Below are positions 12,196 through 23,864 of a stretch of 64,000 bases of DNA, in pieces (the stretch's first letter is position 1; each line of letters starts with the position of its first letter). The position numbers and the translations under genes are program-made. Origin of the DNA: Octopus sinensis (lineage: Eukaryota). Location: assembly GCF_006345805.1 (NCBI RefSeq), contig NC_042997.1:169198001-169262000 (forward strand). The letters are read 5' to 3'. Under the pieces are notes generated by a model. That model saw only the letters and a list, made by a program, of their open reading frames with translations. It was not told where the DNA came from and ran no database searches.

Positions 12196-12799
12196 GCTGT
12201 GAATAATTTTTATATATACACCTTATAAGATTACACACACACACAGATGTATGTTATAATGATCATACAAAGTAGATTACATATTGATACATAACTTAAA
12301 GTTTCACTCAATTAGAATGGCCTTTACAACCTTACAAAAAATTTTGATTATTATATATTCTTCTATCAAAGCCCTATGCTGACCAATGTCTTTAAAGTAG
12401 AATTTGGTAGACAAAAACTGAGTAGAAACCTGTCATATGAATAGATTTGTTAATCATTGTTTCTCTACATCAGCAGAGGCCAAATTTGTCTTAGCATGCA
12501 GTTGATAGTGAATACTCGTAACTGATGATACACAAAGACGCAGAAATCTAGACTTAGTACTTTAACTGCTGCTGCTGGATGATTTTCATCTGCTACTGAT
12601 CCCATATAGATTAATAGTGTTAAAAAGCACTATTCATCTATATGGGATATTTTCTTGAGATGAATACCACAGTTTTAAGGCTTTCTACAGGATATCAGTG
12701 TTAAGTAAGGTATACAGATTGCTATTCTGAACAAATACTGCTTCCATCACTAATAACAAATAAAATAAATATGAAAGAATAAGTTTTGTAACTTCTTAC

Positions 12800-12889
12800 C
12801 TCTTATTTGGGTCATACATGAACAAGAAATTCAAAAGACGTATACCTGCTTCAGAGAGCCATGGATAAGTATGACGCAAATTGTTGTAA
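12800..12889 (-). CDS. CDK10: CDK10 coding exon 12 ([31 protein letters not shown])
   Basis: 90 bp, AG/GTAAGA; [10 protein letters not shown] is typical of CDK10. Confidence 0.97.
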
Positions 12890-13367
12890 CTTTAAGAAGA
12901 AAAAAAAAAGGAAACAAACTGAAGCAATTAAAATCTTTTTAAAAACAAAGAAAATTTCTATAAATAATTCAACATTATTTGTAAATATGCCAGATTATAT
13001 GTCAGTCTTACTTGATATATAGGAACTTGTGTATACAAAGAATGTGTATTCAAAAGGTGTAGTGAGATTTGTGGCTGACTGACAGAGAACTAAGATTTCA
13101 CATGTAAAAGATAAACAAGGAATTCATGGTAGATGACTTTTGAAAATATGTCCAAGAGTTGTTCAGGTGGTTTTTGATAATTTCAATAAAACAACTAGAC
13201 ATTCTTGGAATTAATAATTAGCTGCTGGAAACAGGTAGCCAACCATTATTTCATAACTGAATAATTTCAGTCTAATGATAAAAAAGAGAAGAAGAAAAAA
13301 AGTCATAAAAGTGCCTTTGCAAGTACCTGGAATTCTCTGCAGGGTATCTAACTGAAAATTCCACCAC

Positions 13368-13790
13368 CATCATCATCATCATCATCATCATTTAATGTCC
13401 GTTGTCTATGCTGGCATGGGTTGGATGGTTTGACCAGAGCTGGCAAGCTGGGAAGCTGCACCAGACTCCAGTCTGACTTGGCATGGTTTCTACGGCTGGA
13501 TACCCTTCCTAAAGCCAACTATTTTATAGAGTGTGTTGGGTGCATTTATGTGACATCACTTGGGTGCTCTTACATGTTGCCACATGGGTACTTTTACGTG
13601 ACACTGCACAGGCACTTTTTTTTTGTGGCACCATATGGACACTTTTATGTGACGCAGCACAGGTGCTTTTACATGACACCACCACAAGTGCTTTACACCA
13701 CCAGCAGAATCAGTCTTAAGACTTATACTGCGGGGTACAAGTTTTCTTGAGTACAACCAGGTACCAGGTATTTCAGTCCTTTGTCATATT
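13368..13790 (-). mobile_element. RTE 3'UTR/tail copy
   Basis: (CAT)n run followed by gctggatacccttcctaa on the plus strand. Confidence 0.75.
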
Positions 13791-15369
13791 GCCTGAAGGG
13801 TTCAGCTTCCTGGGGGTCATTCTTCAGTACCAATTAGAGAAAAATAACAATACTGGCAGAAAGTAATTTTTCAAACTCTACAAACAAAATATCCTCAAAT
13901 TTTTTTTATAATATCTTTTTTCTTTTTAGTTTGGCTGATTCAAATTTTTCTTTCTTCCAAGATAACTATTTAATTTTATATTATAACTATTAAATTTTTG
14001 TTTGTTTCACCATTAAAAATGTTATTAATAACATTCTTTTATGGGAATAAAAGAAATAAAAACATTGAAAGTATAAGTATTTCAGAAGGTCAAATGAAAC
14101 ATTTGGGCAAGGTTGTCTACAACCAGCAAAAAAGATTTACAAGTGATGGAATATGGCAATCTATCATCAGTTGAAGAGTTGGATCACTTGTTCTTTACAT
14201 AGAAGTATCAGTGTATGATATTTTAAGGAAAAAGCTTCAAGAAGTATATCTCCTTTCTTTTAATATGACAGCTCCCTTAACCCATACAGGCAGCCTGCCA
14301 ACATATCAGCATATAATGGACATATAATGGATCATTCTGTCAAATTATTCTATTCATTTCTTAAAATGTTATGAATTTTTTGGCCAAGAGAGCCTACAGA
14401 TTTGAACCCAATTAAAAAGTTACAAAATTGCTTAAAAACAAGAGATTTTTATATGTGGCAGTTCAGGCAGAATGGTCTAATTTAGAACAACATTACCAAC
14501 AAAATTCACTCACAATTATAACTGAAAGGTTCAAGGCAATGAGCTGGCAGAATCATTAATGAGTTAAACAAAATATTTAACAGTATTTCTTACATTTCTT
14601 AATGTTCTAAGTTCAAATTCTGCCGAGAATCACTTTACCTTTCATCCTTTTAAGATCAATGAAATACCAGTCAAGTACCAGGGTTGATACAATTGACTAC
14701 CCCCTCCCCCAAATTTTAGACCTTGTGCCTATATTAGATATAAAAATTATCACTGAGTACAAAATATTATTTCAGGAACTTTACGTATTGTATTTGAGGT
14801 ATGAATAAATATGAAATCTGTAATTTGTTTTCAATTTGAATAAAATAATTGAGTGACTTTTACAAAAAATGAATATTTAAAAAGAAAAACAATTTAGCAC
14901 ACATTCCATTTTTAAACTGGGTCACAAACACTCATCAACTCATTCACTGAATTGCAGAGTTCTCTGCTGGTGTTTAGCATAAAATATTGCATGAAGAGAT
15001 TCAATTACTAACAGTGCTGCCAATTATAGGATCTCTTGTAAAGAATACTTTGAAGTTGTTGGTAAAGCATTCTATGCTCAACAGAAGATTGAAAATGCAG
15101 TTGTGGCACAATTGTAGAAGAGACTGACCTAGTATAAATTAGGTTAATTAACATAAGTAACTGAGGTACTACTATAACAAATGATGCAGTTGAACACACC
15201 TATGTTCCTAGATCTTCCATTTACGACCATCCTATCATTTTGTATAGCCATAGCTACTTTGTTTAATATGACAATAATAAATGAGTTGTATGGGTTATTT
15301 TATTTATTAATACAGTAATGGCAATTATATAACACATACATACAACTGCTTACAATAATAGAGATTACT

Positions 15370-15846
15370 GTATCGATCAATGGAAATTGCAGCTGAGTTA
15401 CCAGTGCCGGTGGCACATAAGAGAACCATCCGTTCGTGACCGTTGCCAGCGCCGCCCCGATTGGCCTCGTGCCGGTGGCATGTAAAAAGCACCATCCGTT
15501 CGTGTCCGTTGCTAGCCTCGCCTGGCCCCCGTGCCGGTGGCACGTAAAAGCACCATCCGCTCGTGTCCTTTGCCAGCCTCGCCTGGCCCCCGTGCCGGTG
15601 GCATGTAAAAGCACCATCCGTTCGTGGCCGTTTGCCAGCTCCGTCTGGCACCTGTGCGGGTGGCACGTAAAAAGCACCCACTACACTCACGGAGTGGTTG
15701 GCGTTAGGAAGGGCATCCAGCCGTAGAAACACTGCCAGATCAGACTGGGCCGGATGCAGCCTTCTGGCTTCACACACCCCAGTTGAACCGTCCAACCCAT
15801 GCTAGCATGGAAAGCGGATGCTAAATGGTGATGATGATGATGATGT
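15370..15846 (+). mobile_element. Young RTE 3'UTR copy with about four minisatellite units; similar copies at 22861..23245(-), 24845..25397(-), 35220..35600(+), 41958..42148(+), 42346..42508(+), 50780..51180(-), 52005..52420(-), 58440..58745(+)
   Basis: High identity to 33440..34035, CpGs retained, (GAT)n tail. Confidence 0.9.
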
Positions 15847-15924
15847 ATAATTTATTCTATGTTCATAATTTTTGGTTTACAATATTGAAAAAATATGCTG
15901 CCAAAGAAGAGATGTAACCTCTCT

Positions 15925-16075
15925 AGAAACTGGTATAACTGGTATGCGAGGAACGAAGACAGTGTCACCTTTACCACAACCGGTGAGAATATTTGCTTCA
16001 ATGCAGTTCCTCGAAGGTTTGTGCACAATTAGTGTTGTAGCATTACAACATTTTTGTTGAGACAAATTAGGCAAT
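15925..16075 (-). mobile_element. Helitron (PIF1-like) helicase fragment
   Basis: CNATTLIV..NCIEANILTGCGKGDTVFVPRIPVIP matches the Helitron LCNGTRL..IEA.ILTG..G..VFIPRIP motif. Confidence 0.8.
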
Positions 16076-16089
16076 AGTATAAGAGATAT

Positions 16090-16165
16090 AGAGCTTCCCT
16101 TGAACTATTTACTTTTATTTTGGTGGATAAACAAACGAAGAAACACAGAAACAGAGAGAATCTCT

Positions 16166-16206
<41 letters not shown>

Positions 16207-16495
16207 GATATAAGATAAGTTAAGGAAAAGCATAATAATTTTCCTAAATAACAAGAAAAAGCATAATAGTTTCCCTTGAACCATTTACTTTCATTTTGGA
16301 GGTCAAACAAACGAACAAACACACTAACGGACAGAATCTTTCTTTTATATATATAGATAAGTTAAGATAAGAATAAAAACCATAAAAGTTTCCCGTGTAC
16401 CATTTACTTTCATTATGGAGGACAAACAAATGAACAAACACACAAATGGACAGTCTCTCTTTTATATATATATATAAATAAGATAAGACAAAGGA
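16090..16495 (-). repeat. Three tandem ~130-160-bp units resembling Helitron 5' ends
   Basis: Each unit on the minus strand reads ..(ta)n-aaa(a)gaga..ctgt..gtttgttc..; adjacent to the helicase fragment on the same strand. Confidence 0.6.
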
Positions 16496-16800
16496 GGATA
16501 AATGATACGCATATCACTTAGCAAGTTATTTCTTTTGTTTCTTCTACTTGTTTCATTCATTTGACTGTGGCCATGCTGGAGCACTACCTTAAAGGTTTTT
16601 AGTCGAAGAATTCAACCCCAGAACTTATTCTCTGTAAGCGTAGTACTTATTCTATTGGTCACTTTTGTCAAACTCCTAAGTCACGGGGACATAAATACAA
16701 TAGCATCAGTTGTCAAGCAATGGCTGTGGGGACAAACACAGACACAAATATATATATATACATACATATATATATAAATATATATTATATATATATACAT

Positions 16801-16842
<42 letters not shown>

Positions 16843-16904
16843 ATCATCATCATCATCATCATCGTTTAGCGTCCGTTTTCTATGCTAGCATGGGTTGGAC
16901 AACG

Positions 16905-16985
<81 letters not shown>

Positions 16986-16987
16986 TT

Positions 16988-17022
<35 letters not shown>

Positions 17023-17026
<4 letters not shown>

Positions 17027-17890
17027 GTGCGGTGAATAAACTGTTGTCTAAATTAATGCAAAAATGAAAATGACAATGACATCTTATTTTAACAGATATA
17101 TTTACTAAAATTACATAAAAAATATCTTGAAATACTAAAGAGTAAATTTATTCAATAAAATCGCCATTGGCTTCAAACACAGCCTCCAGAATCTCCTGCA
17201 ACTCTCCTGGATGGTCCCCTTGTTTATGTTGGTGAATACTGCCATAATCCTTGCCTTCAGTTCATCTTTGGTGTTACAAGGAGTTTTGTTGGTCTCTCAC
17301 TTAACTGTGCCCCATGCATAATAATCAAGGGGATTGCAGTCTGGGAAGTTAGGTGGCCAGATGTTAGGGGGTGATGTGGTCACAGAAATTGTCTGACAGT
17401 CATGACTAGGTCATCCTGCTTGCCTAGCATGGTGCAGAGTCCTGTTGCCAGACATAAAGTCGTCCAGTAGCTACTCTCTTGATCCAGGGCAGTACTACCT
17501 CCTCCAGGCACTTGATGTAGGCCTCTGTGTTGAGTGTGAGGCCATGTGGGAAGATGAATGGAGGCATAATGTCACCATCACTAGTGATCACTCTAAACAC
17601 CATAAACGTTGATTGGATGTTTGATTTTATCCCTCTCAGAATGCACTGTATCAGATTGACACACAAACACTCTGAAATGTTTGTATTGGAGCTTCTGGCA
17701 TGAATACCAAGCAATACAGCATGTTGTTTCCAAATTTCTGGTGAAGTGAATTGCATCATAGTGCTGTTTTTCTCACATATGGTGCCCAACTGACCCTACT
17801 ATACTGTGTAATTGACAAAATCAAAAACAAAGAATGCACATGCATGAAATTAAAATTATGAAATGGTGTCAATTTACCTATCACACCCTG
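17023..17890 (-). mobile_element. Internally deleted Tc1/mariner element of the maT (DD37D-like) type with TIRs
   Basis: TIR cagggtgcggtgaataaactg / cagggtgtgataggtaaattg; VITSDGDIMPPFIFPHGL..YVWQQDSAPCH and WPPNFPDCNPLDY motifs. Confidence 0.85.
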
Positions 17891-18587
17891 TATGTGTATA
17901 TATATATATATGATGAGCTTCTTTCAAACAAATCTACTCACAAGGCTTAGGTTGACCTGAGGCTATAGTAGAAGACACTTGGCCAAGGTGCCATGCAGTG
18001 GGACTGAACCTGGAACCATATGGTTGAGGAGCAAACTTCTTACCACACAGCCACACCTGCTCCTAAAAATATTTAAAATCTTTCAAATATATTTTCTATC
18101 TGTTTCTCAATAACCAAATGAAAGAATGACAACTGGACATTGATGATTTGGAATGGCTCACTAAACATTCAACTTATTTTGGCACTGGAGGTATGCACAT
18201 GCATGCAGGAATATACACATACAGATAGGGAGATGAGAGAGGGCAGGTTTATAATTTATTAATTGAATACAATTGACATAAACACACATACACATGAAAA
18301 GGAATATGCTCACAGATATAAAGGGAGAGAGAGAGTGTTGGGAGTGGAGAGAGAATGAAAGAAACATTGAAATAATGTTTGTCAAATCCACCAGTGTTGA
18401 ATCAGTGATGCCAAAACAGTTGTGCCAAGACAGCTCATCCCCAACTAAATCATGCTGTCCAGCAGGCCATGGTCTGATAAATTGTTGTCTGGTACCTATC
18501 TGAGATTTATTAAGCCACAGTCTGTCTTGTTCCTATATGTTCAGGTTCTTACTAAATGCATAATAAAATTTACAAAATTGAACTCAC

Positions 18588-18637
18588 GGTTGATTTTTTA
18601 AAGTAAAATGTTCAAGAGCTGGCAATTTGGACATTCC
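18588..18637 (-). CDS. CDK10: CDK10 coding exon 11 (GMSKLPALEHFTLKNQ-P)
   Basis: 50 bp, AG/GTGAGT, phase-consistent. Confidence 0.94.
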
Positions 18638-19413
18638 CTGGTAAAAAGATAAACATATATATATAAGAAATGTTAAATTATAATATTTAAATATGCAAGT
18701 AGAGAAAAGAAAAAGAAAAAGATATAATGTTAGAGGAGTTGTGGTGGAGTTTGTGAATCAAATTGATTTCTTTATCAAAAACAAAATAAAATTTATCAGT
18801 CATCTTTTTTTTTTTTGCAATTTAAAATTAGTATTTACTCAGTCTCTTAGTTTTGTTTTGAATTCACTTTTGACCTATTTCATCCAAGTTTCTATGCTAG
18901 CTTAGAGTCCAAGAATCACGAGAAACTGAATGTTTTAGTCTTTTTATTTGCATATAAATAAAAGGATTAAGCATTTTATAAATGTATACCTTTCCAAAAG
19001 ATAATCAACTGAAAGAGGCAGAAGAAATGTTTATCTTGAAATTTATGCAAATAGTATCATAAAAATGAAAGAAAAATTAGGAAAAGAATATGAGTATTAT
19101 ATAGAGAGAAAATATATGCTCTGTTACTCTCATTTTTGGTTTCAGTCACTAGACTGTGGAAATGTTGGGGCATCATCTTGAAAGGTTTTGTTGATGAAAT
19201 TGACCCCAGTAATTACTCTACAGGTCCCCATTTTGTTGGACTGCTAAATTATAGGGATGTAGACAAACCAAACCAGTTGTCAACTGGTGTTGGGGGAGAC
19301 AAAGAGAAACACAAAGGCCACACACATACATATATATGATAGATCCATTCCGTGAGCAGAGGAACTGTAGCATAGAAATTTATGACTATCATATAATACA
19401 CACACATACATAC

Positions 19414-19457
<44 letters not shown>

Positions 19458-19607
19458 CATAACAGGAAGTTGGAAATTTTTTTGGTATTATTTTTACACC
19501 ATTATACATGTTTCACTTACTGATAGGAATTACAAACTTTTACATGTTAGATAAACAAGTAAGAAATTTCCTACCCTAATTACATCATATTATATATGCA
19601 TACATAT

Positions 19608-19648
<41 letters not shown>

Positions 19649-20003
19649 CAGGGTTCAGTACAGTTTCTAGATATCAGATTCACTCATAAAGGCATTGGTT
19701 GGCCTGTGAGTGTAGTATGAAACATTTGACCAGGTACACACAGTACAACTGACCCTGAAAGCACCTGCATGAACTTCTGAATAAAAATTACCTGGCTCTA
19801 GATGGGTATTCTAAATTTTCTTTTTATAGGAAGTGTTTCCTATAGCATTGATGATGATGCTTTTAAGACAAGTTAAAAACAGTGTAGTTTTTAATTTGCA
19901 ATGAGAAAAGATCATTATAAAGACTTTTATTGTTAGCTAAAATGAACTCTAGTCTCACTTGAATATCAAAAAACAAAAGAGAAGTGAATTACACATGACT
20001 TAC

Positions 20004-20127
20004 TGGCCAGATGGCATCATTTGGTGTTCCAAACATCTCAATGATAAGTTCTATTTGATGAATTTCTCCTCTTCCAGGCAATAGAGGTCGGTGTGCAAGC
20101 AACTCACCAAAAATACAGCCAACTGAC
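20004..20127 (-). CDS. CDK10: CDK10 coding exon 10 ([42 protein letters not shown])
   Basis: 124 bp, AG/GTAAGT, phase-consistent. Confidence 0.97.
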
Positions 20128-20271
20128 CTGGAAAATAATCAGGAAAGAACTGGTTCAAAGCTCTGGTCTCTAAACACCCTTACAAATATTTAAATATTTC
20201 ATGCAAATATTTGTATATAGAAATAATACATTTCTAAATTTCTCATAGAGATTTATGCAGTAGCAGCATGA

Positions 20272-20622
20272 TAAAGTGATAGTATGTTGTTAACTTAATG
20301 TGACAGTCCCATGAAAGGGAAGAATGCTACTGTTATTTAGCCCTGGGAATATATATATAGGAAATATATGTTTCCAAATGTGGCTAGGCATCGACAGCTA
20401 GCAGGCCATGCTACTCCAGACTGATGATGAGCAATGACTCTGAAACTAGTCTCTGAATGCTGGCTTTGCTGGGTGGAGGTGCTTATCTTCACTTTGAAAA
20501 CATAAGGACACAGGAAATGTGTCAAGTCCAACAGGAAATGATGTTTCCCAGGGCTAAATAACAGTAGCATTCTTCCCTTTCATGGGACTGTCACATTAAG
20601 TTGACAACATACTATCACTTTA
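20272..20622. mobile_element. Inverted-repeat element with 78-bp TIRs (1 mismatch) carrying a central HHR-like motif
   Basis: Left arm 20272..20349, right arm 20545..20622, TA at both termini. Confidence 0.85.
20417..20455 (+). ncRNA. Minimal type-I hammerhead ribozyme-like motif
   Basis: CAGA-CUGAUGA-uGAGcaaugaCUCu-GAAA-CUAG-UC-UCUG: helix I CAGA/UCUG, palindromic helix III ACUAGU, GUC site; U.U at the base of helix II. Confidence 0.6.
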
Positions 20623-20685
20623 AATATTTGAATGTTTAGAACAATGCTGGATGGAAATGAAGGCAAAAAAAAAAAAAATCCCTAC

Positions 20686-20745
20686 CACATATCAATGGCT
20701 GTTGTTTGAGTTTTTGAGCCAAACAATAATTCTGGGGCACGGTAC
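20686..20745 (-). CDS. CDK10: CDK10 coding exon 9 (W-YRAPELLFGSKTQTTAIDM-W)
   Basis: 60 bp, AG/GT; YRAPE motif. Confidence 0.97.
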
Positions 20746-21611
20746 CTGTTGAAAGAAAGAAAGATGTTTTTATTAAACCTTATAATCATTAAAATTGAGA
20801 ATTCATCAAAATTTAATTAAACAGTTCCTTTATATCTTTTAACACCTTTATGTTTCATAATTACTAAGATAAAATATCTATTTAAATATATCTAATATAC
20901 CAAATATACCAAATTTAAAATTTTCACATATTATATTTCAAAATCTGTAGCAGCAACAAAAAAGATCTCTCATTTTATGCTTTTCTCATTCTTTTATTCT
21001 TTTACTTGTTTCAGTCATTTGACTGCGGCTATGCTGAAGCACTGCCTTTAGTCGAGCAAATCGACCCCAGGACTTATTCTTTGTAAGCCTAGTACTTATT
21101 CTATCTGCTGTAGAGGAAATACATAGTTACCCTGCCAGAGTGAAGAGCAAGGGAAAAGAGAGAGAGTGGAAGACAACAAGAGTGCAAGAGAGAGCAGGAG
21201 AAAGATGGCAGTGAGCTACCAGGGTATCTTTGCAAAGAACTGGGGTCAGAGCATAGATGGGATGGTAGAGTAAGGAAGAGAGAGGTAAATGATGACATGT
21301 GCTAGGGAATACCCTAAGGTATGGAGGTCAGAATATATGTGGCCAGGTATTGCCAAGAGGCATTAGTAGGGAGTGGGTGTGGGAAGTGCTTTGACTGGTG
21401 AGTACCTGAGTATATAAAGGGGAGGGAAAGCAAAGGATACAGTGAGTAGAGTAGTGAGGACAGGATTGGGGAGTGGAAGATAATCATAGTGTATGAAGAG
21501 GAAATGAGAGGAAGGGAAGAGACACAGCTTGGGAGATGAAATGTAGGTGTAGGTTGCTTTGGTGCAGTAGGATGTGAGAAAATTTTTATTGTTACTTGTG
21601 GGTAGGTATAC

Positions 21612-21735
21612 ACACACACACACAATGCCCCCACACATATATATACATACACACTCCCCCCTCATATATATATATATACACACTCCCCCACACATATATA
21701 TACACACTCCCCCATACCCATACACACACATACAT
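21612..21735. repeat. CA/TA-rich minisatellite (cacactccccc(a/t)catatatata units)
   Basis: Direct inspection. Confidence 0.8.
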
Positions 21736-22466
21736 GCAAATTTTAAACTTGAACATGCTTATGTCCACATTTACTAAAGCAAATGTATGTACATATAAAT
21801 TTATGTGTACATAACCATTTTCATGTAGCTATTGATTTTTAGAACTGACACCCCTTGCCATAAACTTTTAGTTTGTTTGAGGATTGGGCTTAAAAAGAAA
21901 GTACTGGGGTCAATTTGTTCGACAAAAATAAACTCTTCAAGACAGTGCTCCAGCATGGCCACAATCTACTGACAGAAAAAAGTAAAAGATAAAAGATGTG
22001 TGTATGTGCATGTATATATGTGTGTGTGTATACACACACACGTAAATACATACACACACAAACACATCTTTTATCTTTTACTTGCTTCAGGCATTAAATG
22101 CAGTCATACTAGGGAACTCCCTCAAAGAGCTTTTAGTCAAATGATTGACCCCAGTACATATTTTTAAAGCCTGGTACTTATTCTTTCAGCCTTAAAAAAA
22201 CCACTTTCTCTATCTCTCACTACTTCCAGTCACTTCAGCCATGTAACCACACACATACTTTTCCTAGACTTTATTTCCTTCTTTCCAGGCCTTTCTTCTC
22301 TCCTCTTTCTGACAAAGGGTCATGCTTGAAATGTTATACACCCATCTTTCTTCCATCTTATACCAACTAAGACATTTCATCTTATATTAACCTTATACAT
22401 TTCATCTGTATGTGCTTTCGACTTTTGTTATGTTGTTATTTTTAATTTTCGATTTGTCTACACACA

Positions 22467-22507
<41 letters not shown>

Positions 22508-23792
22508 ATAAGATCGAAGGATCTAAGTGTAGGAAGTTTGTAAGCTTCAAGCAGTCCATGGTAGGTATGAAAAAACTATGTTCAGCAACAATAACAATTT
22601 ATTGGCAAGGGTTGTAAGCTTTTCCCATATCAAAATGTGGTAAGTTGAAAAGAATTTTTAATAATGTCTTCGGCAAGTTAACTTGGAATTCCTTAACAAC
22701 AGTGTAGCCTTCATATAATTAAGGTGTCTTTGGCTTGAAGAGTAGCTAGCAGAGTACTCCTCATTGAGTAATTATTACATCAGAAGATCTGCTGACTAAG
22801 AAACATATGGAACCTGAATTTTACCTGATCCACTCCCTCAATTTGGATATATATATATATATCATCATCATCATCATCATCGTTTAACATCCGTTTTCCG
22901 CGCTAGCACGGGCTGGACGGTTCGACCGGGGTCTGGGAAGCCAGGGGCTGCACCAGGCTCCAGTTTGATCTGGCAGTGTTTCTACAGCTGGATGCCCTTC
23001 CTAACGCCAACCACTCCGCGAGTGTAGTGGGTGCTTTTTACGTGCCACCTGCACAGGTGCCAGGGGGGTCTGGCATCGGCCATGATCGGTTGGTGCTTTT
23101 AACGTGCCACCGGCACGGAAGCAAGCCAAGGCGGGGCTGGCATCGGCCACATTCGGATGGTGCTTTTTATGTGCCACCGGCACAGAAGCCAGTCAAGGCG
23201 GGGCTGGCATCGGCCACGTTCAGATGGTGCTTTTTATGTGCCACATATATATATATTCACACACTCATATATATTTATTTATATATAAACACCGATACAG
23301 CTATATGAGAGAGAAAGAGAGAGAGAGAGGGGTGGGTGGTATGCATGTAAAGCGATGTTGTGGAATGAAAAGACTTAAATCTGAATCTATGTACTATTGA
23401 CCTCTTTCAACTGCTTTTAATTCTTACTGAATGGATTTTATCTTAAAACTGGGTCATTTTTTTGATAATGTTAACTTAGTTGTATTCAGCTATAGTAACA
23501 CTGTTATATTGCGTAAGCTGCACATACTTGACACATACATACACACATTTATATACATATATATATACACACGCACATATGTATACTCTTTTACTTGTTT
23601 CAGACATTTGACTGCGGCCATGATGGAGCACCGCCTTTAGTTCAGCAAATCAAACCAGGACTTATTCTTCGTAAGCCTAGTACTTATTTTATCAGTCTCT
23701 TTTTGCTGAACCACTAATTTACTGGGACGTAAATGCACCAGCATCGGTTGTCAAGTGATGCTGGGGAGACAAACACAGACACATAAACATAT

Positions 23793-23864
<72 letters not shown>

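Noticed and set aside
18400-18480. Possible C/D snoRNA (GTGATGC...CTGA)
   Set aside because: Imperfect C box, no terminal stem, and antisense to the host gene.
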